A stretch of DNA of 64,000 nucleotides from Porticoccaceae bacterium (GCA_050175615.1 JBFXIU010000001.1:547-64546); one strand, 5' to 3'. Counted from the first letter of the stretch, positions 1-10,053 are shown. Notes: generated by a model from the letters alone, not told the origin. Translations and numbers: made by a program.

Positions 1-776
1 AAAAGGGATCAAGATTCAGTATCAATGCGCTCTATAAATACGCCCTCGACTGGATTAATTTTCGCTTCAGCTATTATCTGTTGAGTGATACCCGCGCGCA
101 CTTTGACCACTGGCAGAAACTGTTCGGTCGTTTTCGCGGTGAGCACCTGGTTTTTCCCGTCCTCGCCGACCCGTCTATTTACTATCCCGGCGAATGGCGC
201 CAGCCCGGCGATGTGCCCAAAATTCTGTTTTATGGCTATTTTATTCCCCTTCATGGCATCGAGGTTATTCTTGAGGCGCTGAAGCGCTGCGAACAAAAGG
301 GCATGATCTTTGACGCGGAATTGATCGGCGAAGGTCAGACTCTTGCGGCAATGCTCGATTTGAGTGAGAAGCTACAGCTTCGCCAGGTTGTTTTTAATAA
401 AGCCTTTATTCCTGAGGGGGAGCTTGCAGAGCGCATTCGCAGCAGCGACCTGGTGCTGGGGATTTTTGGCAGCAGCGAAAAAGCCCGTTCAGTGGTGCCC
501 AACAAGGTGTATCAGGGGCTCGCCTGTCGCGCCACCGTGATTACTCAGGACAGCCCCGCTGTTCGTGAGTTTTTCACTGATGAGGATCTCTGTCTTGTCG
601 AAAGTGATCCGAATAGGCTCGCTGAAGCTATTGAGGCGTTGATCCAGGATCCCGACAGGTGTCGGCGGCTGGCGGAAAAAGGCTATGCCAGCTATAAAAC
701 ACTCTATGCGGACAGTGTTGAATCCCTGAAAGCTTTTGTTTTGTCTGTGGATGAAAAATGTTCATCAAAAGCATAA
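1..776 (+). CDS. Glycosyltransferase family 1/4 (GT-B fold), 5'-truncated by window edge
   Basis: The frame is open from nt 3 to the stop at 774-776. The C-terminal half has GT1-like features (ILFYGYFIPLHGIEVILEAL, EGELAERIRSSDLVLG, PNKVYQGLACRATVIT). It lies in an LPS-core gene context. Confidence 0.75.
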   Translation, partial: KGSRFSINALYKYALDWINFRFSYYLLSDTRAHFDHWQKLFGRFRGEHLVFPVLADPSIYYPGEWRQPGDVPKILFYGYFIPLHGIEVILEALKRCEQKGMIFDAELIGEGQTLAAMLDLSEKLQLRQVVFNKAFIPEGELAERIRSSDLVLGIFGSSEKARSVVPNKVYQGLACRATVITQDSPAVREFFTDEDLCLVESDPNRLAEAIEALIQDPDRCRRLAEKGYASYKTLYADSVESLKAFVLSVDEKCSSKA

Positions 777-801
777 CTGCGAGGGGGGAAGGTTGGGTGA
801 A

Positions 802-1983
802 GTGGAGCAAAAAGTGACATCACCTAAACCAGAATTGTCTGTATGGATGATTTCCGATGGCAGGCCGGGGCACTTTAACCAAACCCTGGGGGTTGTCCGG
901 GCGCTGGAAAAAGGCTACGACGTCAAACTTATCAAAATAGAAACCCGTCTCCGGCTGGGTTTTTTGCGACCCTTGCTCAAGCTGGTGTGCAACAGTCGCA
1001 GGGGGTGGCTGAAGCGATTGCTGGCGCCGCTGATCAGATTCAGCTACTACCCGTTTGTGTTGCCGAGTGTTGATGCGACGGTGGCCTGTTGCGCTCATCC
1101 TGACGTGATAATTTCCTGTGGCGGCCAAACACTCTATCTCAATGTATTTCTGGCGCGGCAAACGAAGGCGCGCAACTTTTTCCTGGGTTCGTTGCGGGGC
1201 GTTCATCCCCGATTGTTCACAGCGATTATCAGCGGTTTGTCGATGCCCGGTGTGCCCAACCTGGTGGAGCTGGAATTATCGCCAGGTCTATTTGATGCCG
1301 AAAAAGCCGCCGAAGCCGGCCAGGCTTTTTTGGCAACCCTTGAGGGTGCTCCCGTATTCACACCAGGAGAGAGTGCTAGTGGTTCCCAAAAAACATACTG
1401 GGCAATGCTGGTCGGGGGCGATGGCGCCGGTTATCAATTCGAGAATGCTGATATGGCGGCGCTCGAATCGCTGATGCTGATGGCATCAGGGCGCTATGGT
1501 GTTCGCTGGTTGCTGACCACATCGAGAAGAACCTCCAGGGAGCATGAGCAGCGGTTACAGTGTTTTGCCCAGAAGCACCCGGAGGTTTTTGCCTACACCC
1601 TGTTTTACCATCAAAAGCCTGAAGCGCTGGTTATGGCTTTCTTGGGTGCGGCAGATAAAGTGTTTGCCACTGAAGACAGTTCGTCGATGATCTCCGAGGC
1701 CATGATGTCGCGCAGGCCGGTGATGACATTGTCGCCTCGGCACAGTAATCCCAATGAAAATTATCGCCGTTTTCTCGACAAGCATCGCCACAAGCACCGC
1801 ATTGCCTCCCTGCACCTCAGTGGATGGGAAAATCTGAATATGGATGTCGCTTTTCAACAGTTCACACCGCTACAGATGGATATAGACTCTCAGTTGCTGG
1901 AACTATTGCAACCCTTTTTAGTCAGCAAGAATCGACCTATAACCTGTCGGGAAGGCAGCATTCCTCCGCGGGCGACCGATTAA
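802..1983 (+). CDS. ELM1/DUF1022-family putative glycosyltransferase (LPS core context)
   Basis: The N-terminus VWMISDGRPGHFNQTLGVVRALEKGY is typical of bacterial ELM1-family proteins. A GTG at 802 is preceded by the SD GGGGGGAAGG (783-792). The ORF frame is open from 736, so the start is uncertain. Confidence 0.6.
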   Translation: MEQKVTSPKPELSVWMISDGRPGHFNQTLGVVRALEKGYDVKLIKIETRLRLGFLRPLLKLVCNSRRGWLKRLLAPLIRFSYYPFVLPSVDATVACCAHPDVIISCGGQTLYLNVFLARQTKARNFFLGSLRGVHPRLFTAIISGLSMPGVPNLVELELSPGLFDAEKAAEAGQAFLATLEGAPVFTPGESASGSQKTYWAMLVGGDGAGYQFENADMAALESLMLMASGRYGVRWLLTTSRRTSREHEQRLQCFAQKHPEVFAYTLFYHQKPEALVMAFLGAADKVFATEDSSSMISEAMMSRRPVMTLSPRHSNPNENYRRFLDKHRHKHRIASLHLSGWENLNMDVAFQQFTPLQMDIDSQLLELLQPFLVSKNRPITCREGSIPPRATD

Positions 1984-2010
1984 AGTTGCCAGGCCAGGTA
2001 ATGTGCCATA

Positions 2011-2826
2011 TCAGTGTTTTATAGGGTGGTGAAGAATTTTTTCCCCGCTGTTGCGGTGACTGCCGAGGCCGCAAAAAGGCCGCCACCATAACCACTCCCG
2101 TAATTTGTACAGCAGATTATTTCTTAGCTTGCTGAGCCTGTAGCCAAGAATGCGGTTTTTATGGCGTCTTTGCCGATTGCGCTCGCTTTCCAGCGTCGAT
2201 AATTCGGTTGGCATCTGGCGAATCAGCCAGGGATCCAATCCTCTAATATTCACGCCTGCACGCTCTCTGTAGGCCATCCAGTCGTCCGCCATGAGCTGTA
2301 TTTTATTGTTGGCGGCCACCAGAGCCTGCGCTGCAGCGCGGTTGATGCCGTAACCGGCGCCGTCCCAGGCCTTGACCACAGAGACCAGGCGGTACTCCGG
2401 GGTCAGATCGGCGGCGTTTTTTTCCAGGTAAGCTCTGAGGGGAGTGAACAGTAAAATTCTCGGTTCAGGGTTGTCCAGCCACTGGTTCGCCCTGTCTAGC
2501 AGCGGCGGCAGCGCGTCGGCAAACTCGGCGTCGTCTTCCAGAATCAGTGCCCAGGGAGCCGCGCTGGTCAGCAGGCTTTGGTAGGCTTTTTGATGGCTCA
2601 GGGCGCAGCCTATCTCGCCGGGAGTAAATGTCCGCCCGCTGCGCTTGATGGCGTTGCTGTCGTCGTAGCGGTGCGCCAACTCTGTCGCAGCCAGGGTGCG
2701 GCCATCGATTGCGGGTACGATTTGGTAGTGGTCAAGCCCCGCAGCGCCCAGGCGTTGCGACAGCCGTTCCAGGCGCTCGCTGTCTTTGGGCAAATTGATA
2801 ATGTAGGTTTTGTACCTTGTATCCAT
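2011..2826 (-). CDS. Glycosyltransferase family 25 (LPS/LOS biosynthesis)
   Basis: MDTRYKTYIINLPKDSERLERLSQRL...VPAIDGR and GEIGCALSH match the GT25 signature. The start was chosen at MDTRYK; the ORF extends to 2856. Confidence 0.75.
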   Translation of the reverse strand: MDTRYKTYIINLPKDSERLERLSQRLGAAGLDHYQIVPAIDGRTLAATELAHRYDDSNAIKRSGRTFTPGEIGCALSHQKAYQSLLTSAAPWALILEDDAEFADALPPLLDRANQWLDNPEPRILLFTPLRAYLEKNAADLTPEYRLVSVVKAWDGAGYGINRAAAQALVAANNKIQLMADDWMAYRERAGVNIRGLDPWLIRQMPTELSTLESERNRQRRHKNRILGYRLSKLRNNLLYKLREWLWWRPFCGLGSHRNSGEKILHHPIKH

Positions 2827-2951
2827 GGCGAGGCTGGGTTTTGAATGATGGGGCATTATATCTCTACGCTATACTGGGATAAAATCGCAGCGCCTGTGTG
2901 GCTGAATAACCGCCGTTGTGGCGTGAAAATAATCTGTTCAATGGAAAGACT

Positions 2952-4394
2952 ATGAAGCTTGATTTTCCAGTCTATAACAAAGCCCGTGTCCTGGTGGTCG
3001 GCGACCTGATGTTGGATCGCTACTGGTATGGGGGCACATCCCGAGTTTCCCCCGAGGCGCCGGTGCCTGTGGTCAAGATCAATACCACCGAAGACCGCAT
3101 CGGCGGCGCCGGCAATGTGGCGCTGAATATCGCCTCCCTGGGGGCGGCTGCGGCGCTGGTGGCGGTGGTGGGCGACGATGACGCGGGTCAGAGCCTGTGT
3201 AGCCGCCTCGATTCGGCGGGGGTCAGTCGTGATTTTCAGGTTGCTAGCAACAGGCCGACCATCACCAAGTTGCGGGTTATCAGTCGCAGCCAGCAATTGT
3301 TGCGCATGGATTTTGAGGAACCCTTTGGCGATGAAGATCGCGGCGATATTGTCGCCAAGGTCTGCAATCTTTTGCCAAGGGTTAACATGCTGGTGTTGTC
3401 GGACTATGGCAAAGGAGTACTGGCGCAGCCTGGGGAGCTTATTGACGCAGCCCGTGCGCTGTCCATTCCGGTGCTGGTCGACCCCAAGGGGCGCTCTTTT
3501 GATGCCTATCGCGGCGCCACCCTGCTAACGCCCAATATCCAGGAGTTCGAGGCCGTGGTCGGCGACTGCGACAGCGAGCAGGACATCGCCGTCAAGGGCG
3601 CCAGCCTGATGAGCGCGCTCGATGTGCAAGGGCTGCTGATCACTCGCGGTGAGCATGGAATGACGCTGTTGCGGCCACAGCGACCAGCAGTGCATTTTCC
3701 CGCCAGGGCGAGGGAGGTCTTCGATGTTACCGGGGCTGGCGACACGGTGATTGCCGTGCTGGCTGCGTCCCTGGCCGCCGGTGAACAGCTGCCGGAGTCC
3801 GTGGCTCTCGCCAACATTGCCGCCGGTCTGGTGGTGGCCAAGCTGGGTACGGCGAGCGTCAGCGGTCCGGAGCTGCGCCGCGCCATGCAGCGGGAGCAGG
3901 GTTCGAAGCGGGGTGTGATCAATGTGGAGCAGTTGCTTGCCGATGTTGCTGACGCCCGCGCCGAGGGCGAAACCATTGTTTTTACCAACGGTTGTTTCGA
4001 TATTCTTCACGCCGGTCATGTCGGCTATTTGGAGCAGGCGAAAAAAGCCGGCGATCGCTTGATTGTCGCGGTCAATTCCGATGACTCGGTAAAAAGACTC
4101 AAGGGCGAAGGTCGACCGATCAATCCGGTTGACCGGCGGATGGCAGTATTGGCCGGTTTGGAGGCGGTGGACTGGGTGGTGTCATTTGACGAAGATACAC
4201 CGGAAAAGCTGCTCGCCGAGATCAGGCCGGACGTTCTCGTTAAGGGGGGAGATTACGATGTTGGCTCGGTGGTTGGCGCAGCTATTGTCACAGCTTACGG
4301 CGGCGATGTTCGCGTTTTAGGTTTCGTTGATAACTGCTCCACCACAGCGATTGTCGACCGGGTTCGCGCTTCCTCCGCGCCCAAAAGGGGTTGA
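2952..4394 (+). CDS. hldE: Bifunctional D-beta-D-heptose 7-phosphate kinase / D-beta-D-heptose 1-phosphate adenylyltransferase
   Basis: Full-length two-domain architecture: a ribokinase-like N-domain (VLVVGDLMLDRYWYG, DVTGAGDTV) and a cytidylyltransferase C-domain (VFTNGCFDILHAGHVGYL). ATG at 2952. Confidence 0.93.
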   Translation: MKLDFPVYNKARVLVVGDLMLDRYWYGGTSRVSPEAPVPVVKINTTEDRIGGAGNVALNIASLGAAAALVAVVGDDDAGQSLCSRLDSAGVSRDFQVASNRPTITKLRVISRSQQLLRMDFEEPFGDEDRGDIVAKVCNLLPRVNMLVLSDYGKGVLAQPGELIDAARALSIPVLVDPKGRSFDAYRGATLLTPNIQEFEAVVGDCDSEQDIAVKGASLMSALDVQGLLITRGEHGMTLLRPQRPAVHFPARAREVFDVTGAGDTVIAVLAASLAAGEQLPESVALANIAAGLVVAKLGTASVSGPELRRAMQREQGSKRGVINVEQLLADVADARAEGETIVFTNGCFDILHAGHVGYLEQAKKAGDRLIVAVNSDDSVKRLKGEGRPINPVDRRMAVLAGLEAVDWVVSFDEDTPEKLLAEIRPDVLVKGGDYDVGSVVGAAIVTAYGGDVRVLGFVDNCSTTAIVDRVRASSAPKRG

Positions 4395-4562
4395 CTGCCC
4401 CCAAAAGAGGCAAAAAGTTTGAAATAAGTAAAAAATATTGCCAGAATGTGGACTAACCCCCTTCCCGTGGGGTTGATTTTGCTGGAGAATTCGCGCACGT
4501 TTGTCTCACAACAACGTGAATCCTATGGTAATTGTTACATCTACGCTTGAGAGGGCGAAGTT

Positions 4563-4808
4563 ATGAAATCTGTAATCACCAAATCTGGTCTTGCTGTAAT
4601 GGGTCTGTCACTGGCTCTGCTGACTGGTTGTGCCAGCAACGCTCGTGTTGATGCTGTTGAAGCCAAAGCCAATTCAGCTCAGCAAACTGCTGACGCTGCC
4701 ATGTCTGCTGCACAACGCGCCCAGCAAACTGCTGACCAGGCTCTGCGTGCTGCTAACGATGCCAATGCTGCCATCACCCGTCTTTCCGAGACTGTTGGTC
4801 GCAAATAA
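4563..4808 (+). CDS. Lpp/OprI-like major outer membrane lipoprotein (alanine-rich coiled coil, C-terminal Lys)
   Basis: It has a lipobox LLTGC after a signal peptide and an Ala/Gln-rich heptad region (AQQTADAAMSAAQRAQQTADQALRAANDANAA). The C-terminus is ...VGRK, like Braun lipoprotein and OprI. A strong hairpin terminator follows. Confidence 0.75.
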   Translation: MKSVITKSGLAVMGLSLALLTGCASNARVDAVEAKANSAQQTADAAMSAAQRAQQTADQALRAANDANAAITRLSETVGRK

Positions 4809-4826
4809 GCACCGCTAACCGGCAAT

Positions 4827-4858
4827 AAAAAAGGCTGTCCTCGGACAGCCTTTTTTGT
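4827..4858. terminator. Bidirectional rho-independent terminator between convergent lpp-like and ldt genes
   Basis: The sequence is aaaaaaGGCTGTCCtcGGACAGCCtttttt: a GC stem flanked by an A-run and a T-run. Confidence 0.8.
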
Positions 4859-4898
4859 TTCTCGATGTTTGTTTCAATCTCTGTGTGGCGACCTGTAA

Positions 4899-5804
4899 TT
4901 AGTCTGCGCTAATATCTGTGGGCATGCCGCTTTTCCGTTTTGCTGCCTGGGTAACCTTTTCCCAGTCAATATTCACCACAGTGCCGGGACGCTGTGCGAG
5001 CGCCTCGCCAATAATCATTTCATAGTTGATGGGCTTGCCCTTATCTTCTTCCAGCTGGGGGTGAACTTCCAGATAAATTTTGTCCTTGCGCCAGCCCGCT
5101 TTTACCGGCTCGTTAATAATGCGCACCGGAACCCCGGGTTTTACCGACATGGCCAATTCTTCGATGTCGCCCGCATAAAGTCGCACACAGCCGTGGCTGA
5201 CGCGCATGCCAAAACCGATCTTTTTATTGGTGCCGTGGAACAGGTAGCCGGGAATAGACAGCTTGACGGCATATTTGCCCAAAGGGTTGTCGGGGCCAGG
5301 GGCGACAACGGCGGGGAGAATATCGCCATAGGAGGCGTGCTCCCGGCGGATGGATTCCGGCGGCGTCCAGCTGGGGTCTTTGCTAATAGCGGTAACCTTG
5401 CCTTCGGTGACCGGGGTTTCCCAGCCCTCGCGACCGATGCCTACAGCGTAGGAGCGCACCATTTTTTTCTCGGGCAGGAAATGATAGAGGCGGAACTCTG
5501 CCAGGTTAAGAATAATGGCTTCATGGTCGCCGTCGTGCCTGGGTAGAATGAAAGACAGCGGCAGGATCACCTCTGTCCCTTCTCCGGGAACCCAGGGCAG
5601 GACATCGGGGTTGGCATTCATCATCGCTCTGAAGCCGAGCCCGTAAATATGACCGAGGCCGACAAAGGTGTCTTCGTAACGGGTTTTAACGCGCAAGGTT
5701 TCGCCGACGACGTCATTGCCATCGAGGCGAAATGTCAGTGCCTGAACAACAGGCGCGGTACTGATCAGGGAGAACAGCAAAATTGCAAAACTTAAAGCAC
5801 GCAT
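4899..5804 (-). CDS. L,D-transpeptidase (YkuD domain, ErfK/YbiS/YcfS-like)
   Basis: It has a signal peptide MRALSFAILLFSLISTAPVVQA and the catalytic motif HGTNKKIGFGMRVSHGCVRLY. Confidence 0.88.
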   Translation of the reverse strand: MRALSFAILLFSLISTAPVVQALTFRLDGNDVVGETLRVKTRYEDTFVGLGHIYGLGFRAMMNANPDVLPWVPGEGTEVILPLSFILPRHDGDHEAIILNLAEFRLYHFLPEKKMVRSYAVGIGREGWETPVTEGKVTAISKDPSWTPPESIRREHASYGDILPAVVAPGPDNPLGKYAVKLSIPGYLFHGTNKKIGFGMRVSHGCVRLYAGDIEELAMSVKPGVPVRIINEPVKAGWRKDKIYLEVHPQLEEDKGKPINYEMIIGEALAQRPGTVVNIDWEKVTQAAKRKSGMPTDISAD

Positions 5805-5995
5805 GGGACTAATAACTCAGAGTTTGTTGTCACTTCGGGTTCGAGTAAGGGCTGAAAAACGGTAAAGATACGCTGGCGATTCAGTGTCAGCGGAGGCCGT
5901 TCAATAACCCGCGCAGCCATGCTGATCAAAAAGCGCACAATCATAGCAATTTCCCAGAAATTTTCCGCTGTTTTTTCTGCCTGGGAGCAAGTTTA

Positions 5996-6796
5996 TCAAA
6001 AACTGGTGACCGGGTTCGCAGCCGCCACATTGGCGCGCAAATGGTCGGGGTTGATGGTGCCGATAATGGCGCTGGTAACCCCTGGGTGTTTGAAGATCAT
6101 TTGCAGGCTATCGCCGGCAGGCGTGGAGGCAAGATGGCCGCTGGCAAGAGCCTTTTTGATCAGGACGCCTTTCTGGTGTTGGTGGCAGTAATCGATCACG
6201 GGCACATCATCGTTGTAGTCGCGGTTCCAGGTGACCATGACGCAATCAGACTTTTCTGCCGCCAGCAAACCACCGGCGACGGTTTTTGTCGACATGCCAT
6301 AGGCGCGGATTTTGCCCTCAGCTTTGAGGCTGGCCAGTGTTTCCAGAGTGCCGATATCGTTAATGATATCCAGGTCGTTGCCATCAGAATGCACCAGAAC
6401 GATGTCAAGGTACTCGAAGGCCAGCCTTTTCAGGCTGCGCTCGACGCTGAGGCGGGTGTGCCGGGGGGAGAAATCATAACTGGACTGCCCGCCGCAAAAT
6501 TCTTCGCCCACCTTGGTGCAGATCAGCCAGCGCTCGCGCTGCCCGGCGAGTAATTTGCCAAGCCGCTCTTCGCTATTGCCATAGGCGGGCGCTGTGTCGA
6601 GAAGATTAATACCCAGGTCTGCGGCCAGCGCCAGCAGGTTTGCCGCCTGGCGATCGTCGGGAATATCAAATGCCCGAGGATACTTAACACCCTGATTGCG
6701 CCCGAGTTTTACGGTGCCCAGGCCGACAATGCTCAGGTTCAACCCGGTGGCGCCCAGAGCGCGTTTGGGCAGCGAAGGGGTGTGACTAGTGTCCAT
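5996..6796 (-). CDS. Aldo/keto reductase family oxidoreductase
   Basis: LGLGTVKLG, LLDTAPAYGNSEERLG and LVHSDGND are AKR-like. The start was taken at MDTSHTP (6796), which overlaps the upstream gene's stop by 11 nt. The ORF frame extends to 6919. Confidence 0.75.
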   Translation of the reverse strand: MDTSHTPSLPKRALGATGLNLSIVGLGTVKLGRNQGVKYPRAFDIPDDRQAANLLALAADLGINLLDTAPAYGNSEERLGKLLAGQRERWLICTKVGEEFCGGQSSYDFSPRHTRLSVERSLKRLAFEYLDIVLVHSDGNDLDIINDIGTLETLASLKAEGKIRAYGMSTKTVAGGLLAAEKSDCVMVTWNRDYNDDVPVIDYCHQHQKGVLIKKALASGHLASTPAGDSLQMIFKHPGVTSAIIGTINPDHLRANVAAANPVTSF

Positions 6797-8009
6797 GGCC
6801 AAAGGCCTCCGCCCAGGGGGTGGCGCTGATGTCGGGTTGCTGCAGCGGTAGTGATGGACAGGAATCGCTGCTGGGGACAATGCCTTTAGCCTGGAGCAGG
6901 CCTTCAACCTGGTGGGCAAGATTCGGCGCGAGGGTCAGTTTGGTGGGCCAGGCGGCAATGATATTTGCCACCGGTGATGCCCAGGCGGCAAAGGCCTTGT
7001 CGGGTCTTAGTCTGTTGGCCTGAAGCGGTTCCGCCCTGTCGATGGCCAGGGTCGCCCAGCGGGCGCCGCGAAAATCGATCCAGGGCATCAGTTCTGCCAT
7101 TTCTTGCTGCGCCGTGGCGATGAGGTCATGGGCAGATTGTTCGACCCCTTTTTCCGCCAGGCTGCCGCCCAGATACCAAACCTGGCTGCCGTCAGTCAGG
7201 GAATGGCTGGAGATACTTAGCCTTGGGGTTTTGTCGATGCTGACACAGTGGCCAAAAAAGCGGTGGGGATAGTTATGCTTGACCATCACCTGGTGCAGGG
7301 GGCGCAGCTGCATTTCTGGGCTGGTGGCGCCAATCTGAGCCAGCAGGTCGCCATTGCCCTTGCCGGCGGCAAAAATAAAAGCCTCGGCATCGATCCTTAG
7401 CTCGTCCACAGAACCGCCATGATTCGTGGTTATTTGCAGGCGCTGGCGACCGTTTGGCTGAGCTAGCCAGCGGCATTGATGGTGGTTAAGGGAAAAAATC
7501 CGGCTCCTGTAGTTTTCCGCCAATGCCCTGATAACACTGGGGACATCTACCACCAAATCAATCAGGCGGTAGAGACTGCCGTGAAAATCGCCGTGATCAA
7601 AAATGGGCGGCAGCTCGAATCTGGTGACTTTTTCCACCCGCCCACGGGTCATTTTGCTGGCGAGAAAGCCCCCCAGACGCGACCCCATGCTGGCGGTGGA
7701 CCAGAGATAAAAATGATCGCTGAGAAGGGTTGCCGCGCGCAGATCCACATCGCCCTCGCCGCGCAGGCAGGCGCGCCAGTGATCGGGCATCTCGGCAATG
7801 GCCTCGGACGCGCCGGTGAGCGCCCCGCCGAGGCTGTATTTGATGCCGCCGTGAATCATGCCCTGGCTGGCCGTGGTCTGAAAGCTGCCCAGTGCCCGCT
7901 GTTCAACCAAAATTGCGTTGTAGCCGCGATTGCAGAGACGGTTGAGAATCCACAGGCCGGCAATGCCGCCACCGATAATCATGGCGTCGACCCTGTGCTG
8001 TTGCGCCAA
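6786..8009 (-). CDS. FAD-dependent oxidoreductase (DAO / glycerol-3-phosphate oxidase-like)
   Basis: It carries an N-terminal dinucleotide fold, VDAMIIGGGIAGLWILNRL...VEQ. It is likely co-transcribed with the AKR gene. Confidence 0.75.
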   Translation of the reverse strand: MAQQHRVDAMIIGGGIAGLWILNRLCNRGYNAILVEQRALGSFQTTASQGMIHGGIKYSLGGALTGASEAIAEMPDHWRACLRGEGDVDLRAATLLSDHFYLWSTASMGSRLGGFLASKMTRGRVEKVTRFELPPIFDHGDFHGSLYRLIDLVVDVPSVIRALAENYRSRIFSLNHHQCRWLAQPNGRQRLQITTNHGGSVDELRIDAEAFIFAAGKGNGDLLAQIGATSPEMQLRPLHQVMVKHNYPHRFFGHCVSIDKTPRLSISSHSLTDGSQVWYLGGSLAEKGVEQSAHDLIATAQQEMAELMPWIDFRGARWATLAIDRAEPLQANRLRPDKAFAAWASPVANIIAAWPTKLTLAPNLAHQVEGLLQAKGIVPSSDSCPSLPLQQPDISATPWAEAFGHGH

Positions 8010-8100
8010 AGGTTATCCTTGAATAAATACCTGGAGGTTGCAATATAGCACGGCTCTACCGGAGAATAACGCGCTTGCCAACAACAAATAAGGGTTGCAA

Positions 8101-9132
8101 ATGAAAGCTGCGGTATTGGAACAGCGTGGGGTAGATGGCTTCAAGGTCATGAATTTTCCCGATCCCAAGCCCCTGCCAGGTGAAGCGGTGATGCGGGTTC
8201 ACGCAAGTTCGATCAATCGCGTTGACATCTACATGCGCGATAGCGGCGCCGGTATCACCCATGAGTTGCCACTGGTTTTGGGTGTCGATGGGGCTGGCGA
8301 AATTGTCGAAACCCCGCCGGGCAGCACCCTTAAAGTTGGTACTCGAGTAGCGCTCTATTCGGGAAATTTTTGCGGCCAGTGCCGCTATTGCCTCTCCGGC
8401 GACCAAACCCTCTGTAAAACCGTTAAAATTGCCGGGGAGCACCGCCACGGATCTTTTGCCGAATATGTGGCCATGCCCGAAAAATGCTTTGTGCCCATTC
8501 CGGATTCGCTCAGCTTCAGGGATGCGGGTGTTCTCCCCGCCGCCTACGTCACCGCCTATCGCATGCTGTTTGGCAAAAGGACATTGCTGCCCGGCGAAAC
8601 GGTTCTGATCGTTGGCGCCAGTGGCGGCGTTGCTACCGCCTGTATTCAGCTCGCCGTATTCGCGGGCGCCAAAGTGCTGGTCACATCCTCTTCCGATGAG
8701 AAACTGGCCAAGGCCTGCGCCCTGGGCGCCAGCGGTGGCGTCAACTACAATCGCGATCCCGTTTCTGCGACCGTGCTCGATATGACCGGCGGCGAGGGGG
8801 TCGATATGGTGATAGACAGCTCCGGGCAAAAAAGCTGGGGTGAATCCCTGCGCTCGCTGCGCCGGGGCGGTCGCCTGATCACCTGCGGCGCCACCACCGG
8901 CAGCAATCCGCCAGTGGAAATACAGCGCATGTTTATCCGCCAGCTTGAAGTCTATGGCTCAACGGGGGGGAGTATGGAAGAATACCGCCAGCTTTTTGCT
9001 CTCTTTGGCAGCGGTAAACTCAAACCCGTTATCGATAGCACCTATAGCCTGGATGCTATTCATGAGGCCTATGCGCATTTGGCGAACGGCGACCAGTTTG
9101 GCAAGGTGGCGGTGGCAATCGATGCCTCCTGA
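8101..9132 (+). CDS. Zinc-type alcohol dehydrogenase / quinone oxidoreductase (MDR superfamily)
   Basis: MKAAVLEQRG..., a GroES-like N-domain with cysteines (CGQCRYCLSGDQTLC) and a Rossmann motif VLIVGASGGVATACIQLA. Confidence 0.85.
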   Translation: MKAAVLEQRGVDGFKVMNFPDPKPLPGEAVMRVHASSINRVDIYMRDSGAGITHELPLVLGVDGAGEIVETPPGSTLKVGTRVALYSGNFCGQCRYCLSGDQTLCKTVKIAGEHRHGSFAEYVAMPEKCFVPIPDSLSFRDAGVLPAAYVTAYRMLFGKRTLLPGETVLIVGASGGVATACIQLAVFAGAKVLVTSSSDEKLAKACALGASGGVNYNRDPVSATVLDMTGGEGVDMVIDSSGQKSWGESLRSLRRGGRLITCGATTGSNPPVEIQRMFIRQLEVYGSTGGSMEEYRQLFALFGSGKLKPVIDSTYSLDAIHEAYAHLANGDQFGKVAVAIDAS

Positions 9133-9160
9133 AGCATTTTCAGTAATTTCTTAATAAAAG

Positions 9161-9598
9161 GTGATGGTTATCAACAGCAAAGATTTTGACCGCTTTCTCG
9201 ATGTTGCCCGCAGTAAGGCCACGCCCCAGCGTTTATTTTTGGTGTTTGCGGAAAAGGAGTACGCCCGCGAAGAGGAAATGTTTGACGGTTCAGTGGCCGC
9301 CGCCGGCGGTTTCGCCATCAAGCCGCTGATGTACATTGACAAGCCGCTGGCGAAATTAACGGACTTCAATGAGTTGCTGAAAGAGTCCCTGGAAAACGGC
9401 AAGCCCTGGGATTTGCTCTATGTGTCTGCCTGTGAAGATCCGGGCTTGACGGAGGATTTTATCAATCAGCGCCTGGAATTGATGGTGAAAATGATCCACC
9501 AGGGCATTACCGACAAATTGCTGATCTTCAATCAGTCCGGAGATATGTCGAAACTGGAAAAGCTGGGTGTGCAGCCCAGGGTCAAACTGGATTCCTGA
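9161..9598 (+). CDS. Conserved hypothetical cytoplasmic protein
   Basis: A clean 145-aa ORF with coding-like composition. I do not recognise a motif. The start could be GTG 9161 or ATG 9164. Confidence 0.5.
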   Translation: MMVINSKDFDRFLDVARSKATPQRLFLVFAEKEYAREEEMFDGSVAAAGGFAIKPLMYIDKPLAKLTDFNELLKESLENGKPWDLLYVSACEDPGLTEDFINQRLELMVKMIHQGITDKLLIFNQSGDMSKLEKLGVQPRVKLDS

Positions 9599-9641
9599 AA
9601 GGCTGACACTGTGCTTGGCAGAGGCTGCAGCGCGGCGGCTC

Positions 9642-9989
9642 TCACTCGTTTTTAGTGCTGGCCATCAGCTCTTTCAACTGCGCGAAAGGATTGTGGGTTG
9701 CCGGTGGTCGCGGCTTGTCTTTGCCTGAACCGTAGAGAATATGGTCGTGGAATTTGCTGTGTTCGTTGTCGTGGCAGTAAACGCAGAGCAGCTCCCAGTT
9801 GCTGCCGTCCGCGGGATTGTTGTCGTGATTGTGATCCTTGTGGTGCACCGTCAGCTCGCGCAGGTTGGTGTGGCTAAATTCCCGAGCGCAGCGCCCGCAC
9901 ACCCAGGGGTACATCTTTAGCGCTCGCTCCCGGTAACCGCGTTCTTTTTTGGCGTAATTGCTCAAGCCGGTGCTGTGATCATTTTCCAT
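9642..9989 (-). CDS. yajD: YajD-family HNH nuclease
   Basis: YPWVCGRCAREF...LTVHHKDHNHDNNPADGSNWELLCVYCHDNEH matches the YajD-type HNH / zinc-finger signature. Confidence 0.85.
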   Translation of the reverse strand: MENDHSTGLSNYAKKERGYRERALKMYPWVCGRCAREFSHTNLRELTVHHKDHNHDNNPADGSNWELLCVYCHDNEHSKFHDHILYGSGKDKPRPPATHNPFAQLKELMASTKNE

Positions 9990-10053
9990 GGTTGTTAGGG
10001 TCTGTTAACACTAATTCATCCTGTCTGGCAAGATTGAGAGAGATGTTGGCGGC

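Noticed and set aside
8035-8098. The direct repeat GGTTGCAA occurs twice upstream of the MDR dehydrogenase gene and might be a regulator binding site.
   Set aside because: It is an 8-mer with two copies only. The second copy overlaps the SD and start region. This is insufficient to call.
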